Shown piece after piece: positions 1-8,892 of a DNA stretch of 12,972 nt. The DNA is from Octopus sinensis. Its lineage: Eukaryota. The translations under genes and the position numbers were made by a program. Every line of letters starts with the position of its first letter. The stretch's first letter is position 1. Below the pieces are notes generated by a model, which was not told where the DNA came from, made no database searches, and was given only the letters and a program-made list of their open reading frames with translations. The stretch covers positions 1-12,972 of the forward strand of contig NW_021826382.1 of NCBI RefSeq assembly GCF_006345805.1, in the 5' to 3' direction.

Positions 1-341
1 TTAATTGAACGTGATCATTAATTTTCTGTCGGATGTAAAAGACAGAAAAAGTGTGTGAAGGAAGAGAAAGGAGTAGGAAGTAGAAGCACATGAAAAATAA
101 ATAAAATAATGGAATAAGAAATTTTTTGAAGTGAAGTTAAATGCATCAGTAGGAAAATCTACAACAGAAAGGAATCGTTGTAAACAAAAGACTCGAGGAC
201 AAATGTTCACAAAAGAATAAATACACGAACAAAAGTACAAAAAATATTGGTACTACTACTAACTAGAAAGCAAGCAAAAAGTGCAACAGCTACTGTCCTT
301 TTGTTGTTTACCTGGTAAATAGCAATTATAAAAATGATACC

Positions 342-568
342 TATTTCTTTACTACCCATAAAGGGCTAAACACAGAGGGGACAAACAAGAACAGACAAAC
401 GGATTAAGTCGATTACATCGACCCCACTGCGTAACTGGTACTTAATTTGTCGACCCCGAAAGGATGAAAGGCGAAGTCGATCTCGGCGGAATTTGAACCC
501 AAAACGTAACGGCAGACGAAATACAGCTACGCATTTCGCCCGGCGTGCTAACGGTTCTGCCAGCTCGC
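342..568 (-). mobile_element. tRNA-derived SINE (family A), young copy with target-site duplication
   Basis: Minus strand begins GCGAGCTGGCAGAACCGTTAG (A-box-like, 548-562) and has B box GGTTCAAATTC (489-499). Central motif GCCTTTCATCCTTTCGGGGTCGACAAATTAAGTACCAG, tail ...GTAAAGAAATA. Flanked by perfect direct repeat GCAATTATAAAAATGATACC at 322-341 and 567-586. Confidence 0.92.
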
Positions 569-858
569 AATTATAAAAATGATACCAGGGAGAAGAACAG
601 TTACATGTATTCACATGAAATGGGAGAGACAATATCCATCCTATACTATTTCTGTGAAAAAACCTAAATATTAAATTTGATTTGACATTTTAATTCACAC
701 GAAGAAAACGATCTTTTTGCATTATGTAATTGATGTGTACATTAAAAAAAAAACACATCTCAAACAACTGTAGAAAACCTCAGCACTATTGTGATTATAT
801 AAATATATGTGTGCGTGAGTGCGTGTATACATATCTACTTATATGTATGTAAGTATGA

Positions 859-918
859 ATGTATGTATGTATGTATGTATGTATGTATGTATGTATGTAT
901 GTATGTATGTATGTATGT
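859..918. repeat. (ATGT)15 microsatellite with degenerate TA/TG flanks from about 797
   Basis: Perfect 60-bp ATGT array read directly. Confidence 0.97.
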
Positions 919-949
919 AGCTACATATTTATTATGTGTGTTTTTATGT

Positions 950-1087
950 TTCTGCTTGTCCCCCATCACCGGTTGTTAACCGGCGTTGTTTTATTTAGGC
1001 CCTAGTAACTTAGCGGGTCGGCAAAAAGTGACTGAAAGAATAAATATCAGGCTAAAAATAGAACTGGGGTCGAATTGTTCGACTAAG
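950..1087 (+). mobile_element. 3' half of SINE family B, degraded, tail missing
   Basis: Aligns to the reverse complement of 8135-8250 (TAGCGG.TCG.CAAAA...AGAATAAATA...GG.TCGA.TTGTTCGACTAA). It follows a microsatellite, as in the full-length copy. Confidence 0.8.
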
Positions 1088-1130
1088 TCCCACAAAGCGT
1101 TGCTTGGTGTTACCTGGTCAGAGGCTTGCG

Positions 1131-1561
1131 CAAAGTTTTCAAAGCGATTTCATCGTTCTTGATTACAATCAAAGAGATCTTGTACAACTGAAATCCGAGT
1201 GTCTTTATAGTCAGCTGAAAGCAGATTTGCTACAAACTTAGCAGATACACATTACGTGCACAAATCTTGAGTGATAATGAACTAAACTGCACCGTAACTA
1301 ATCTGCATATTCTCTGATAACTCCCGGATGGTGATTCGACGATTTCCCCTCACAGCTGCACGCACATCTTTAATGTCTTCCTCAGTTCTGCTGGCTGCAG
1401 GTGTCCCAGAATGTTCGTCGGTATCGACATTTTGGGGACATCTTGGAAACGTCTGAACCACTCGTACACTTGTGTGCGGCTCATACACTCCTCTCCATAC
1501 ACTTTCTGCCACTTTGCGCAGGTCACTGAGCAGGTATCACCATGGCAACTTTCTCTGTCAT
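1131..1561 (-). pseudogene. mariner transposase N-terminal HTH region, pseudogenised
   Basis: Frame pieces MTEKV.., QKVYGEECMSRTQVYEWFRRFQ, NVDTDEHSGTPAASRTEEDIKDVRAAVRGNRRITIRELSENMQISYGAV*FIITQDLCT*CVSAKFVANLLSADYKD..KNDE..LKTL match the mariner pattern (YEWF.RF, D..RSGRP, RR.T.RE, VSAKFVP.LL). Frameshifts and stops present, and it ends before the first catalytic D (TGDE). Confidence 0.9.
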
Positions 1562-1750
1562 GGTCAATGCGACGATCACACTCTACACACCTTCCTTCCA
1601 AGCAGTGACGTAAGCAACAGAAGTGAGGTAGAACGTTAAAGCTTAGTGCGCAAACAGCAGAGTTCAAGGCCAATCTGTATCAAGAAGCTTCACTCTGCGT
1701 GCTTCGTTACTATGGCAACAGTCCGGATACTTATTGATCAGCCGCCGTGT
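1131..1750 (-). mobile_element. mariner (Tc1/mariner) DNA transposon remnant, 5' part only
   Basis: TIR-like end ACACGGCGGCTGATCAATAAGTATCCGGACTG at about 1719-1750 next to a TG/TA microsatellite, followed by decayed transposase coding sequence. No matching second TIR found in the window. Confidence 0.85.
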
Positions 1751-1754
1751 GTGT

Positions 1755-1799
<45 letters not shown>

Positions 1800-1955
1800 A
1801 TAATATACCCTTCACTCTTTGTATCTCTTTTCATGTTGTCCGCATACGTAAACACACACACATGGACCCATACATACAAGCACACACATACACACATATG
1901 TCCGTGAATCTGTTCGTATATATATGTATACGTGTGCGCGCGCGCGTGTGTATTA
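1747..1955. repeat. compound (GT)n/(TA)n/(CA)n/(CG)n microsatellite region
   Basis: Dinucleotide runs read directly; explains ORFs 1646-2008 and 1664-1897. Confidence 0.9.
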
Positions 1956-2384
1956 AACGAGCGTATAAGATATCATCTGTTTCTATTTATGCTGCTAAAT
2001 CTTTATAAATCTTGAATATAATTCCCCCTATTATCTGTCACTCTCGGCCCTAGTTCATTCACTCTCCTTCTCCCAAGTTTCTCTCACGTTATATTTTCCT
2101 TCTCTCTTCTCTCTCTCAGCCTCTCAACTTTCCTATCACTCACACACCATCTCATCACTGTCGTATTCCTGGCTGCATCTGTAAACTTACAATAGGTTAT
2201 CAGCCTCGTTTCCATTCCTCTTCCGGGTCAGAGTTCAGATTGTCTATCCATAAATATGGACCTTAAAATGTAAATGGACGTCTGCTCGCGTTGTCAAAAT
2301 CTGAAAGCGATACTCTTAAATAACGGACAGTCTCTTCTTCACTGATATTCCTCGTACGCACGCGCGCGCACATACACAAACACT

Positions 2385-2470
2385 TTATTCTTTTTCTCTC
2401 TCTCCCTCCCTCCTCCCTCCCCTTTCTCTATTTCCTTCCCATTCTATCTTTCTCTCTTTCCTTCTCTTGT
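2385..2470. repeat. CT-rich polypyrimidine low-complexity tract (similar tract at about 2095-2125)
   Basis: Almost exclusively C/T on the plus strand. Confidence 0.85.
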
Positions 2471-3369
2471 TGCCCTGTTTTAATCTGTAGCATATTGACC
2501 AGTGATTGTTGTTGCCGATGTTGTTTGATCTCAGTTCAATTTCCGATCGAGTAGATCGATAGTCAATGTATTCCAGCCACGACGACTCCATCTATTTCGG
2601 TGTGTTCAGGACTACGTTATCTAACGCATCACTCTTGCTCTTGCAGTGAATTTTTATTTGAGGGGTGTTTGACTGCTATTTCTAGTGAGTCAAACAACAA
2701 CTTAGAGTCCTTCCGTATTAGCGTTGATCCCGTAAACCAATGACGTTCCACTGACGACAGCGTCTAAGAAGGACTATATTATTAATCCATATTTAAAACT
2801 GGGGACTACTATATCTAGCGGTTTGAATGGTCACTTAGAGGTTCCAGCTCACAATCATTGAACATAAGATAACTGCAACAAAACCGGACCTCTTTCACAT
2901 GATTTCTGAAACCTTATGTCGATAAAAAGATCTTCACATCCATCCCAATCAACGATAAGACGCTAGTCTCTCGCAATGTAACTTCTCTTGCAAGAAGAAT
3001 GCAACTCTACTTTGAAAACTGACGCAATTCTATAGTGCAGTTACTACTACTGACATACTACTGAGTTATATACTAATCTGGTCTCTAGAAATGCTAGGTA
3101 TTGCAGTCAACATTCCCTGAAATCATCTGTTACCCTCTGTAAAATAAGGACTTACTGGAAAATTTAGTCCTTGATATACACAAATCGACTGGTGACGTCT
3201 TATAAATCTGATCGATTAGTGCTGACTTGAAACTAAAAATTTGCCTCTATGTGGTAGATATTTAGAGCAGTCACCGGTTTAGCGCAAATTGTCAAAGGAA
3301 AGGACACAAACAGCGAAAATAACGAGATACAAAGATTCAAATCTCTCAACTGGTTTCGTAGAATCTTTA

Positions 3370-3629
3370 TCAGCGCCGTCAAATACACGACTAGATACTG
3401 CAATACCTTGGGATTCAATGGTTCACAGATCTTCAAGAGACCTGCATGGTCCCCAGAAGAGCGACCTACACGGCAGAAAGTGGGAATACAGCAGGATTAG
3501 CAGCTGTATTAAACTCCCTCCCTCACCAAATGCCAACAATTAAGGGTGCATTAATGAAGGTGTTGCAAAACTAGTTGATGGGTATACAGCATGGCCACAG
3601 CACTTGAGCTGAAACTAATAACAAAATAT
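3370..3629 (+). mobile_element. 3' terminal fragment of a CR1/L2-group non-LTR retrotransposon (end of ORF2 plus 3' tail)
   Basis: Frameshifted peptide pieces SAPSNTR / RYCNTLGFNGSQIF (from 3393) / RDLHG / AAVLNSLPHQMPTIKG (from 3500) resemble, from memory, the C-terminus of invertebrate CR1/L2-type ORF2. Followed by tail CAGCATGGCCACAGCACTTGAGCTGAAAC and an A-rich end. Clade assignment is an inference. Confidence 0.7.
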
Positions 3630-3630
3630 A

Positions 3631-3755
3631 GGCACAAGGGTGGCTGTGGGGTGAGAAGCTTGTTTCCCAACCACATGGTTCTGGGTTCAGTTACACTGCG
3701 TGGCACCTTGGGTATGTGTCTTCCCGGGCCGATCAAAATCTCGCTTGTGGATTTG
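3631..3755 (+). mobile_element. 5' half (tRNA head plus CORE-like domain) of SINE family B
   Basis: A-box-like TGGCTGTGGGGT (3641-3652), B-box-like GGGTTCAGTTAC (3683-3694), CORE-like CACCTTGGGTATGTGTCTT. Aligns to the reverse complement of 8370-8501 and runs into a microsatellite. Confidence 0.85.
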
Positions 3756-4028
3756 TATGTATATCTGTGTATGTATGCATGCATGCATGCATGCATGTAT
3801 GTATGTGTGTATGTATGTATGTATGTATGTATGTATGTATGTATGCATGTATGTATGTATGTATGTTTGTATGCATGTATGTATGTATGTATGTGTGTAT
3901 GAATGCATGCGTGCAAGCATGTATGTATGTATGTATGTATGTATGTATGTGTGTATGAATGCATGCGTGCAAGCATGTATGTATGTATGTATGTACTATG
4001 TAAATGTACACACAAACACACACATACA

Positions 4029-4066
<38 letters not shown>
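3755..4066. repeat. complex (ATGT)/(ATGC) array followed by (CA)n
   Basis: Read directly; source of the many VCMY/HTYI ORFs in the track. Confidence 0.97.
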
Positions 4067-4069
<3 letters not shown>

Positions 4070-4440
4070 CAATATACAGTTAAGTGGAGAATCAGTCAAC
4101 AGATTCAAGTTACGGTGTGTGTGTGTAACCCAAATGATGGACTGAACAGATGAATGAATGAATGAATGAACGAATGTGAAAATGAATGAGGTTGAAAAGT
4201 GCAAATATTCAGATTGAAGGAAGAAAAAAAAGTCAGAAAAAAAATACATATAATAATAATACTAAAAAAAAAAGGTTTGAAAACAGAACGCTTTATATCT
4301 TTTATATTTTTGTGCTAGAAGGCAATTCGTCAGCTTATGTCTTGTAAAAAATCCTCTAAGTACATACCACTTAGAGAATCCCTTGCCAAATACACCTTTG
4401 TTCTGTTGTGAAGACAACAACACAGCGGCCTGATCGGCTG

Positions 4441-4473
<33 letters not shown>

Positions 4474-4532
4474 ATAGTAGTAGTAGTAGTAGTGATATCT
4501 GTTGTGTTGCTGTTGTTGTTGGTGGTGGTGGT
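4441..4532. repeat. (GTA)n trinucleotide repeat followed by (GTT)/(GGT) runs
   Basis: Read directly; gives the poly-Y/poly-T/poly-Q/poly-H ORF artefacts. Confidence 0.95.
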
Positions 4533-4664
4533 AGGAAAAGGTGAAAGAAAGGTGCAAATTACACGGTGATAAATACACGCAGGCAGAAGCTGAATACAAA
4601 GAAAAAAATGTAGTGATTGATAGATTGATAGGGAAATAAAAAAAAACTTATAAAAACGAGAAAA

Positions 4665-4666
<2 letters not shown>

Positions 4667-4724
<58 letters not shown>

Positions 4725-4762
4725 TATAATATATATATATATAATATATATATATACATATG

Positions 4763-4845
<83 letters not shown>
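4667..4845. repeat. compound (ATGT)n-(TA)n-(CA)n-(TA)n microsatellite
   Basis: Read directly. Confidence 0.96.
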
Positions 4846-4847
<2 letters not shown>

Positions 4848-4984
4848 GAACATTGGGGTTATGCTAAGTGGAGAGGAAAAGGTTAAGTATTAGAGAATAT
4901 TGTTAACATTTAGTACCTTTAACAGATAGTATCGTTAACGAAATTGAAGAATAGTAAAGAGCACAACAACAAAAAAGGTGTGCA

Positions 4985-4985
<1 letters not shown>

Positions 4986-5019
<34 letters not shown>

Positions 5020-5024
5020 GTGTG
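4986..5024. repeat. (GT)n microsatellite
   Basis: Read directly. Confidence 0.95.
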
Positions 5025-6235
5025 AAAAGAAATAAAAAGATAAATAAGATCGATTGAGTGAAAGGAAAGAAGAAAGACAAGAAAGGGGCGGTTGAATTTA
5101 CGAGGAAGTACTTGGCTGTCTAAGGATGGTGTTGTTGGTTATAGGTGAAAAGAAATATGACCAGAGTCTGAATGAGGAAGAGAGACAGTGACATGATATA
5201 AAGATTCAGCGAATAGTACCGAATAGCATTTTTTAACATATAATTACAATTGTTGTACTCGGAGCCAGTAATCTTATTGACCGGCGGTCAGTGAGGATGC
5301 CCATATTTCGCCCTATGTAAAAAAATGATGGCCCACTAAAGAACATATATTGCCGGGCGTAATAGAGAAGAGAATAAATTATTAACAGACGAACAGGAAA
5401 AAAAAAAAAAGGAAGAAAAAACTCCGACAAAAAGAAAAATGAAAACAAAAACAAAAGTGGATTCGAACAATGGCGGAAAATGGGAAAGTCACTGCGAAGC
5501 GGTGTTAAACATTTAGCGGTAACAATTCAACAAGGAAACTGATCTTTACTGGCTGTAAGTGTTTCTATTCTACAGCCGACTGTACCCCTATCAAGGCGTT
5601 TCCTGGCAGATTTAATTTCCAAAACAAATTATTTCCTCTTTTATCCCCTTTTCTTTTCGAATACAAAAATGAAAAATGGCGACTGAAGGCGTCAGAAGAT
5701 ATGAAGAATTTCAAGTTGTTTGGTCGTTAGATTTATTGCAAACACTCCAGTTTCTTTCTATTTATTTACTTTTTCTTTATATAACTATGAAAATTTCTGT
5801 CTTTTTAACTCTACTTTTTTTTTCTTTGATTTTCTCTCGTTTAAACTTCTCATTCTTTTCATTTTCTTTCCGCTTCATCCTTGTCTTATTCTATTCTCTA
5901 TTCACTGATCCACCTCATTTAATCAAAGGAATGCCTTTGAACGTAACTGGAACTCCATGTGGAGTTTATTTCTGAAGAGTTCGTTTGCATTCTGAGGTGT
6001 AAAGATCGTTGGGAGTTCATTCGCATGTTTTTCCACGGGAATGACCTGTTTGCGAGTGAAATGTATATATGTATATGATTGTGTACGTGTGTATGAATAG
6101 AAAGTTAAAAACAAAAACCTATGTAGTCATTTATTTGGATCTTGATTTCATACCTCAGGGCTTTACATATTAGCCATGAGGCCTATTTTTGAAACATTCA
6201 TTAAACAAATTAGATATAATTAACACTGGTTTCAT

Positions 6236-6540
6236 GGAGGCACATAGCCTAATGGTTAGAGCAGCGGACTCGCGGTCGAGGGATCGTAGGTTCGAATCTC
6301 AGACCGGGCGATGTGTGTGTTTATGAGCGAAACATCTAAGCTCCACGCGAGTCCGGCAGAAGGTAATGGCGAACTTCAACTGACTCTTTCACCACAACTT
6401 TCATTCACCCTTGTCTTCAGCATCTAATAGCTTACCTGAGACGGCCCGGCGTCCCATCTAGGTGGGGAACCTATACGCCAATGAAATCGGCTTTTATGAG
6501 CCAGGTATGGCTCAAGAAGGAACAAACAAAAACAACAAAC
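6236..6540 (+). mobile_element. full-length tRNA-derived SINE (family C, V-domain-like)
   Basis: A box TAGCCTAATGG (6245-6255), B box GGTTCGAATCT (6289-6299), internal GACGGCCCGGCGTCCCATCTAGG resembling the V-SINE domain, 3' hairpin TGAGCC-AGGTAT-GGCTCA (6497-6514), (AAC)-type tail. Possible decayed TSD AACACTGGTTTC (6222-6233) / AACACTTGTCTC (6538-6549). Confidence 0.88.
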
Positions 6541-7287
6541 ACTTGTCTCTAATCTGAATCCTATATAATGTCTAAAACAGCTTTGTTGATTTTAGTTGTC
6601 AGTTGATATTAGAAACACTGAAAGTGGTTCGGGACCAATTTCTTTGTGGGGAAATCTTTGATACTAACGTTATGAAACTGTAGGTTCTCCCTCATATTAA
6701 AATTCTGAGTGCTAACGTGAAATGGCTGGTGCAATTTTTGATGGAAGTAGTATATGAATTTATCTGTTCGTTGTCGTACCTTTAACGGAGAAGACTTATG
6801 ACCAAAACCAATCAAGTTATGATTATTCTATCGTTTCATATATAGTTTATCCCAGACTACGTCATCCAGTATAACTTTAAAGAACCCTGCGGTAAATATA
6901 AGAGGGATTCGAATGCTATTTTAGGCAGTACGCCCCAAATGACTTGCTCTACAAAATATCTAGTTTGTAGAGATGTCGAAGTATAAGTTGTAACCAATTG
7001 TCTACTTGATCCATTCTTAGGTGCACAAAGATATGCAAATATAATGTGGCATCCATCGAACACTGTTGGTCATGTATCACCCTGGGTAATGCTTTTTAAT
7101 GAAGACAGGTAGCTGATCATATAAGCATGTTGCCATCGGTGTTGCCTAAGAGAAAGGATGTTGCTATACGACCGTTATAACTTGGTATCAGTCTCGTGGC
7201 AGGCATTGCTGTCAGAATAAACAGATCACAATAGATACTACAAGATATCCCTCCTGACGTTAAAACAGTCTTTCCATCACTTTGTTT

Positions 7288-7362
7288 TGGTGCTTTTTCC
7301 TCAAGCCCAAAAGAATGAAAAACAGAGTTGACTTCAGCAGGATTTGAATTTAGAACATAAAA
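7288..7362 (-). mobile_element. degraded fragment of SINE family A
   Basis: Minus strand TTTTATGTTCTAAATTCAAATCCTGCTGAAGTCAACTCTGTTTTTCATTCTTTTGGGCTTGA aligns with the B-box/central part of 342-568. Confidence 0.65.
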
Positions 7363-7447
7363 TTGTCTTTTATCATAAACCTTGATATTTGCTCATATTT
7401 ATATGTACATTTACCCAATCGCACATTTATTCAGAATCAAATGCATA

Positions 7448-7596
7448 AGGCGAGGCGAATGGGCAAAGTCGTTAGAGAAATTTGGTCAAATTATCTTCCA
7501 GTATTTGTTTCAGAACTCTACGCATTTAGTACAAATCCTACCTTGGCCGACCTTGGCTTTCGTCTTTTTAGCAGTCGATTAAATAAAGCCCTAGTC
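7448..7596 (+). mobile_element. degraded copy of SINE family A
   Basis: AGGCGAGGCGAATGGGCAAAGTCGTTAG...TACAAATCCTACCTTGGCCGACCTTGGCTTTCGTCTTTTTAGCAGTCGATTAAATAA is collinear with the reverse complement of 440-568. Confidence 0.7.
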
Positions 7597-7870
7597 CAGA
7601 AGGAATATAACAGACAGTTGGATAAGATACCTGGTGACATTTGTTCCAGCACTTTGAGTTTTGTATAATCGGATAGTAGACTAAAATGGCCACCCGTTTT
7701 GATACAACCAACTGGTCTTCGAATACCTCTAGAAGACCAATTCCTGAAACCCTGAAATGTAAATTCGTATATATATAATGTAATGGTTCGTGGTATAATT
7801 CAACAAAGAGAGCATTCTATCTGGCGAGAGTCAGTTATCGATGCTTAAGGATCACAATACATATCTTCGG

Positions 7871-7922
7871 GAGCTACTAATAATTTCACGTGTCTGAAAA
7901 CCCAAACACGTTCTTCAGGCGC
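7871..7922 (-). ncRNA. type I hammerhead ribozyme-like motif (minimal, probably partly decayed)
   Basis: Minus strand GCGC-CUGAAGA-ACGUGUUUG-GGUUUU-CAGACACGU-GAAA-UUA U UAG-UA-GCUC: intact core, 9-bp stem II (one G-U), 3-bp stem III with 1-nt loop, GUA triplet, weak stem I (3 of 4 pairs). Confidence 0.6.
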
Positions 7923-8056
7923 AGACCACTCTTCGTGCTGAGCTAAGAACTTTAAATATGGTGTGAGACGTAAGAATACGCGAAAAAACGTGAAAATGGT
8001 AGCATATAGAAAATCCTAACTTCTAACCGGAAAACGAAGCCAGGATGTATATACAT

Positions 8057-8265
8057 ATTCTTTTATTCGTTTACTTGTTTCAGTCATTAGAATGTGACCA
8101 TGCTGGAGTACACCTTGAAGGGCTTTAGTCGAACAAATCGAGCCCATGACTTAGTATTTATTCTAACAGCCTCTTTTGTCGAACCGCTAGGGTACGAGGA
8201 CGTAAACACACCAAAACCGGTTGTCAAACGGTGAATGGATGACAAACACTGACACCAAGACACAC

Positions 8266-8338
<73 letters not shown>

Positions 8339-8501
8339 ACGACAAGCTTCTTTCAGTTTCTGTCCACCAAATACACTCATAAGAATTTGTTCGGCACAAG
8401 GTTATAGTAGAAGACACTTGCGCAAAGTGCCACGCTGTAGGACTAAACCTGAACCACGTGGTTGGGAAGCAAACTTCTAACCACATAGCCACGTTTGCTC
8501 C
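8057..8501 (-). mobile_element. full-length SINE family B (tRNA head, CORE-like domain, internal microsatellite, LINE-like tail)
   Basis: Head GTGGCTATGTGGTTAGAAG...CAGGTTTAGTCC, CORE-like GCACTTTGCGCAAGTGTCTT, internal (TA)n/(ATGT)n at about 8268-8340, 3' end CAGCATGGTCACATTCTAATGACTGAAACAAGTAAACGAATAAAAGAAT. Its halves match 3631-3755 and 950-1087. Confidence 0.9.
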
Positions 8502-8533
8502 TATATATATATCTGTATGTATGTATGGGACAG

Positions 8534-8825
8534 ATGAGTGACAACCTGGCCACTGGTGGTGGTGTAACACACCATACTAATCATATCTGTCGGGCATGTG
8601 GAAGAGTGTGTAATTCGGCAGGAGGACTTAAACGACATGCAAAGGTACATGAAGCCCAGTTACAACTACAGCCGGCTATTACCAGTAAAGGTTTTAGTTG
8701 CCAATTTTGTACAAGATATTGTAGATCTTTAGCTGGGCTAAAAAGTCACATTCGATCACAGCACCAGTAACAGATAAGCTTCGTACAGTGGCCATACTCG
8801 ATAACGAGGGGGCACCCATAATGTA
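8534..8825 (+). mobile_element. 5'-truncated 3' end of an RTE-type LINE with two C2H2 zinc fingers
   Basis: Open frame with CRACGRVCNSAGGLKRHAKVH (8588-8650, C-x2-C-x12-H-x3-H) and CQFCTRYCRSLAGLKSHIRSQH (8699-8764, C-x2-C-x12-H-x4-H), stop at 8768-8770. A short 3' UTR follows with hairpin CTCG-ATAA-CGAG (8797-8808) and then a microsatellite. No TGEKP linker. The fingers are seen directly; RTE origin is inferred. Confidence 0.72.
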
Positions 8826-8892
8826 TGGACGCATGTATGCATGTGTACACACACTCATACACACATTCACACACACATACATACACACACTC
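8825..8892. repeat. degenerate (ATGT)/(CA)n microsatellite
   Basis: Read directly. Confidence 0.85.

Noticed and set aside
2249-2260. CCATAAATATGG as a CArG box
   Set aside because: Spacing is CC(A/T)8GG, not the CC(A/T)6GG required.
2685-2690. GTGAGT splice donor candidate
   Set aside because: It lies in a segment resembling the old repeat at 9482-9521, and no coding frame leads into it.
3551-4853. Many long ORFs (232 aa, 160 aa, 127 aa etc.) with VCMY, HTYI, poly-Y, poly-T
   Set aside because: They are translations of stop-free microsatellites; the same applies to ORFs at 1646-2008, 10292-10879 and 11676-12208.
5951-5966. Near-palindrome AACTCCA-TG-TGGAGTT and a 14-bp imperfect direct repeat at 5978/6014
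   Set aside because: Too short to support any call.
5676-5975. ORF MATEGVRRYEEF... with AAAATGGCG start context
   Set aside because: The hydrophobic F/L/S content comes from T-rich low-complexity DNA; no recognisable domain or exon structure.
6236-6310. Possible tRNA gene
   Set aside because: A and B boxes are present, but the anticodon and acceptor stems do not pair and the sequence continues into a SINE body and tail.
7363-7668. 101-aa ORF
   Set aside because: It overlaps a decayed SINE copy (7448-7596).
7713-7739. 8-bp hairpin TGGTCTTC...GAAGACCA
   Set aside because: Short enough to arise by chance in 13 kb; no associated motif.
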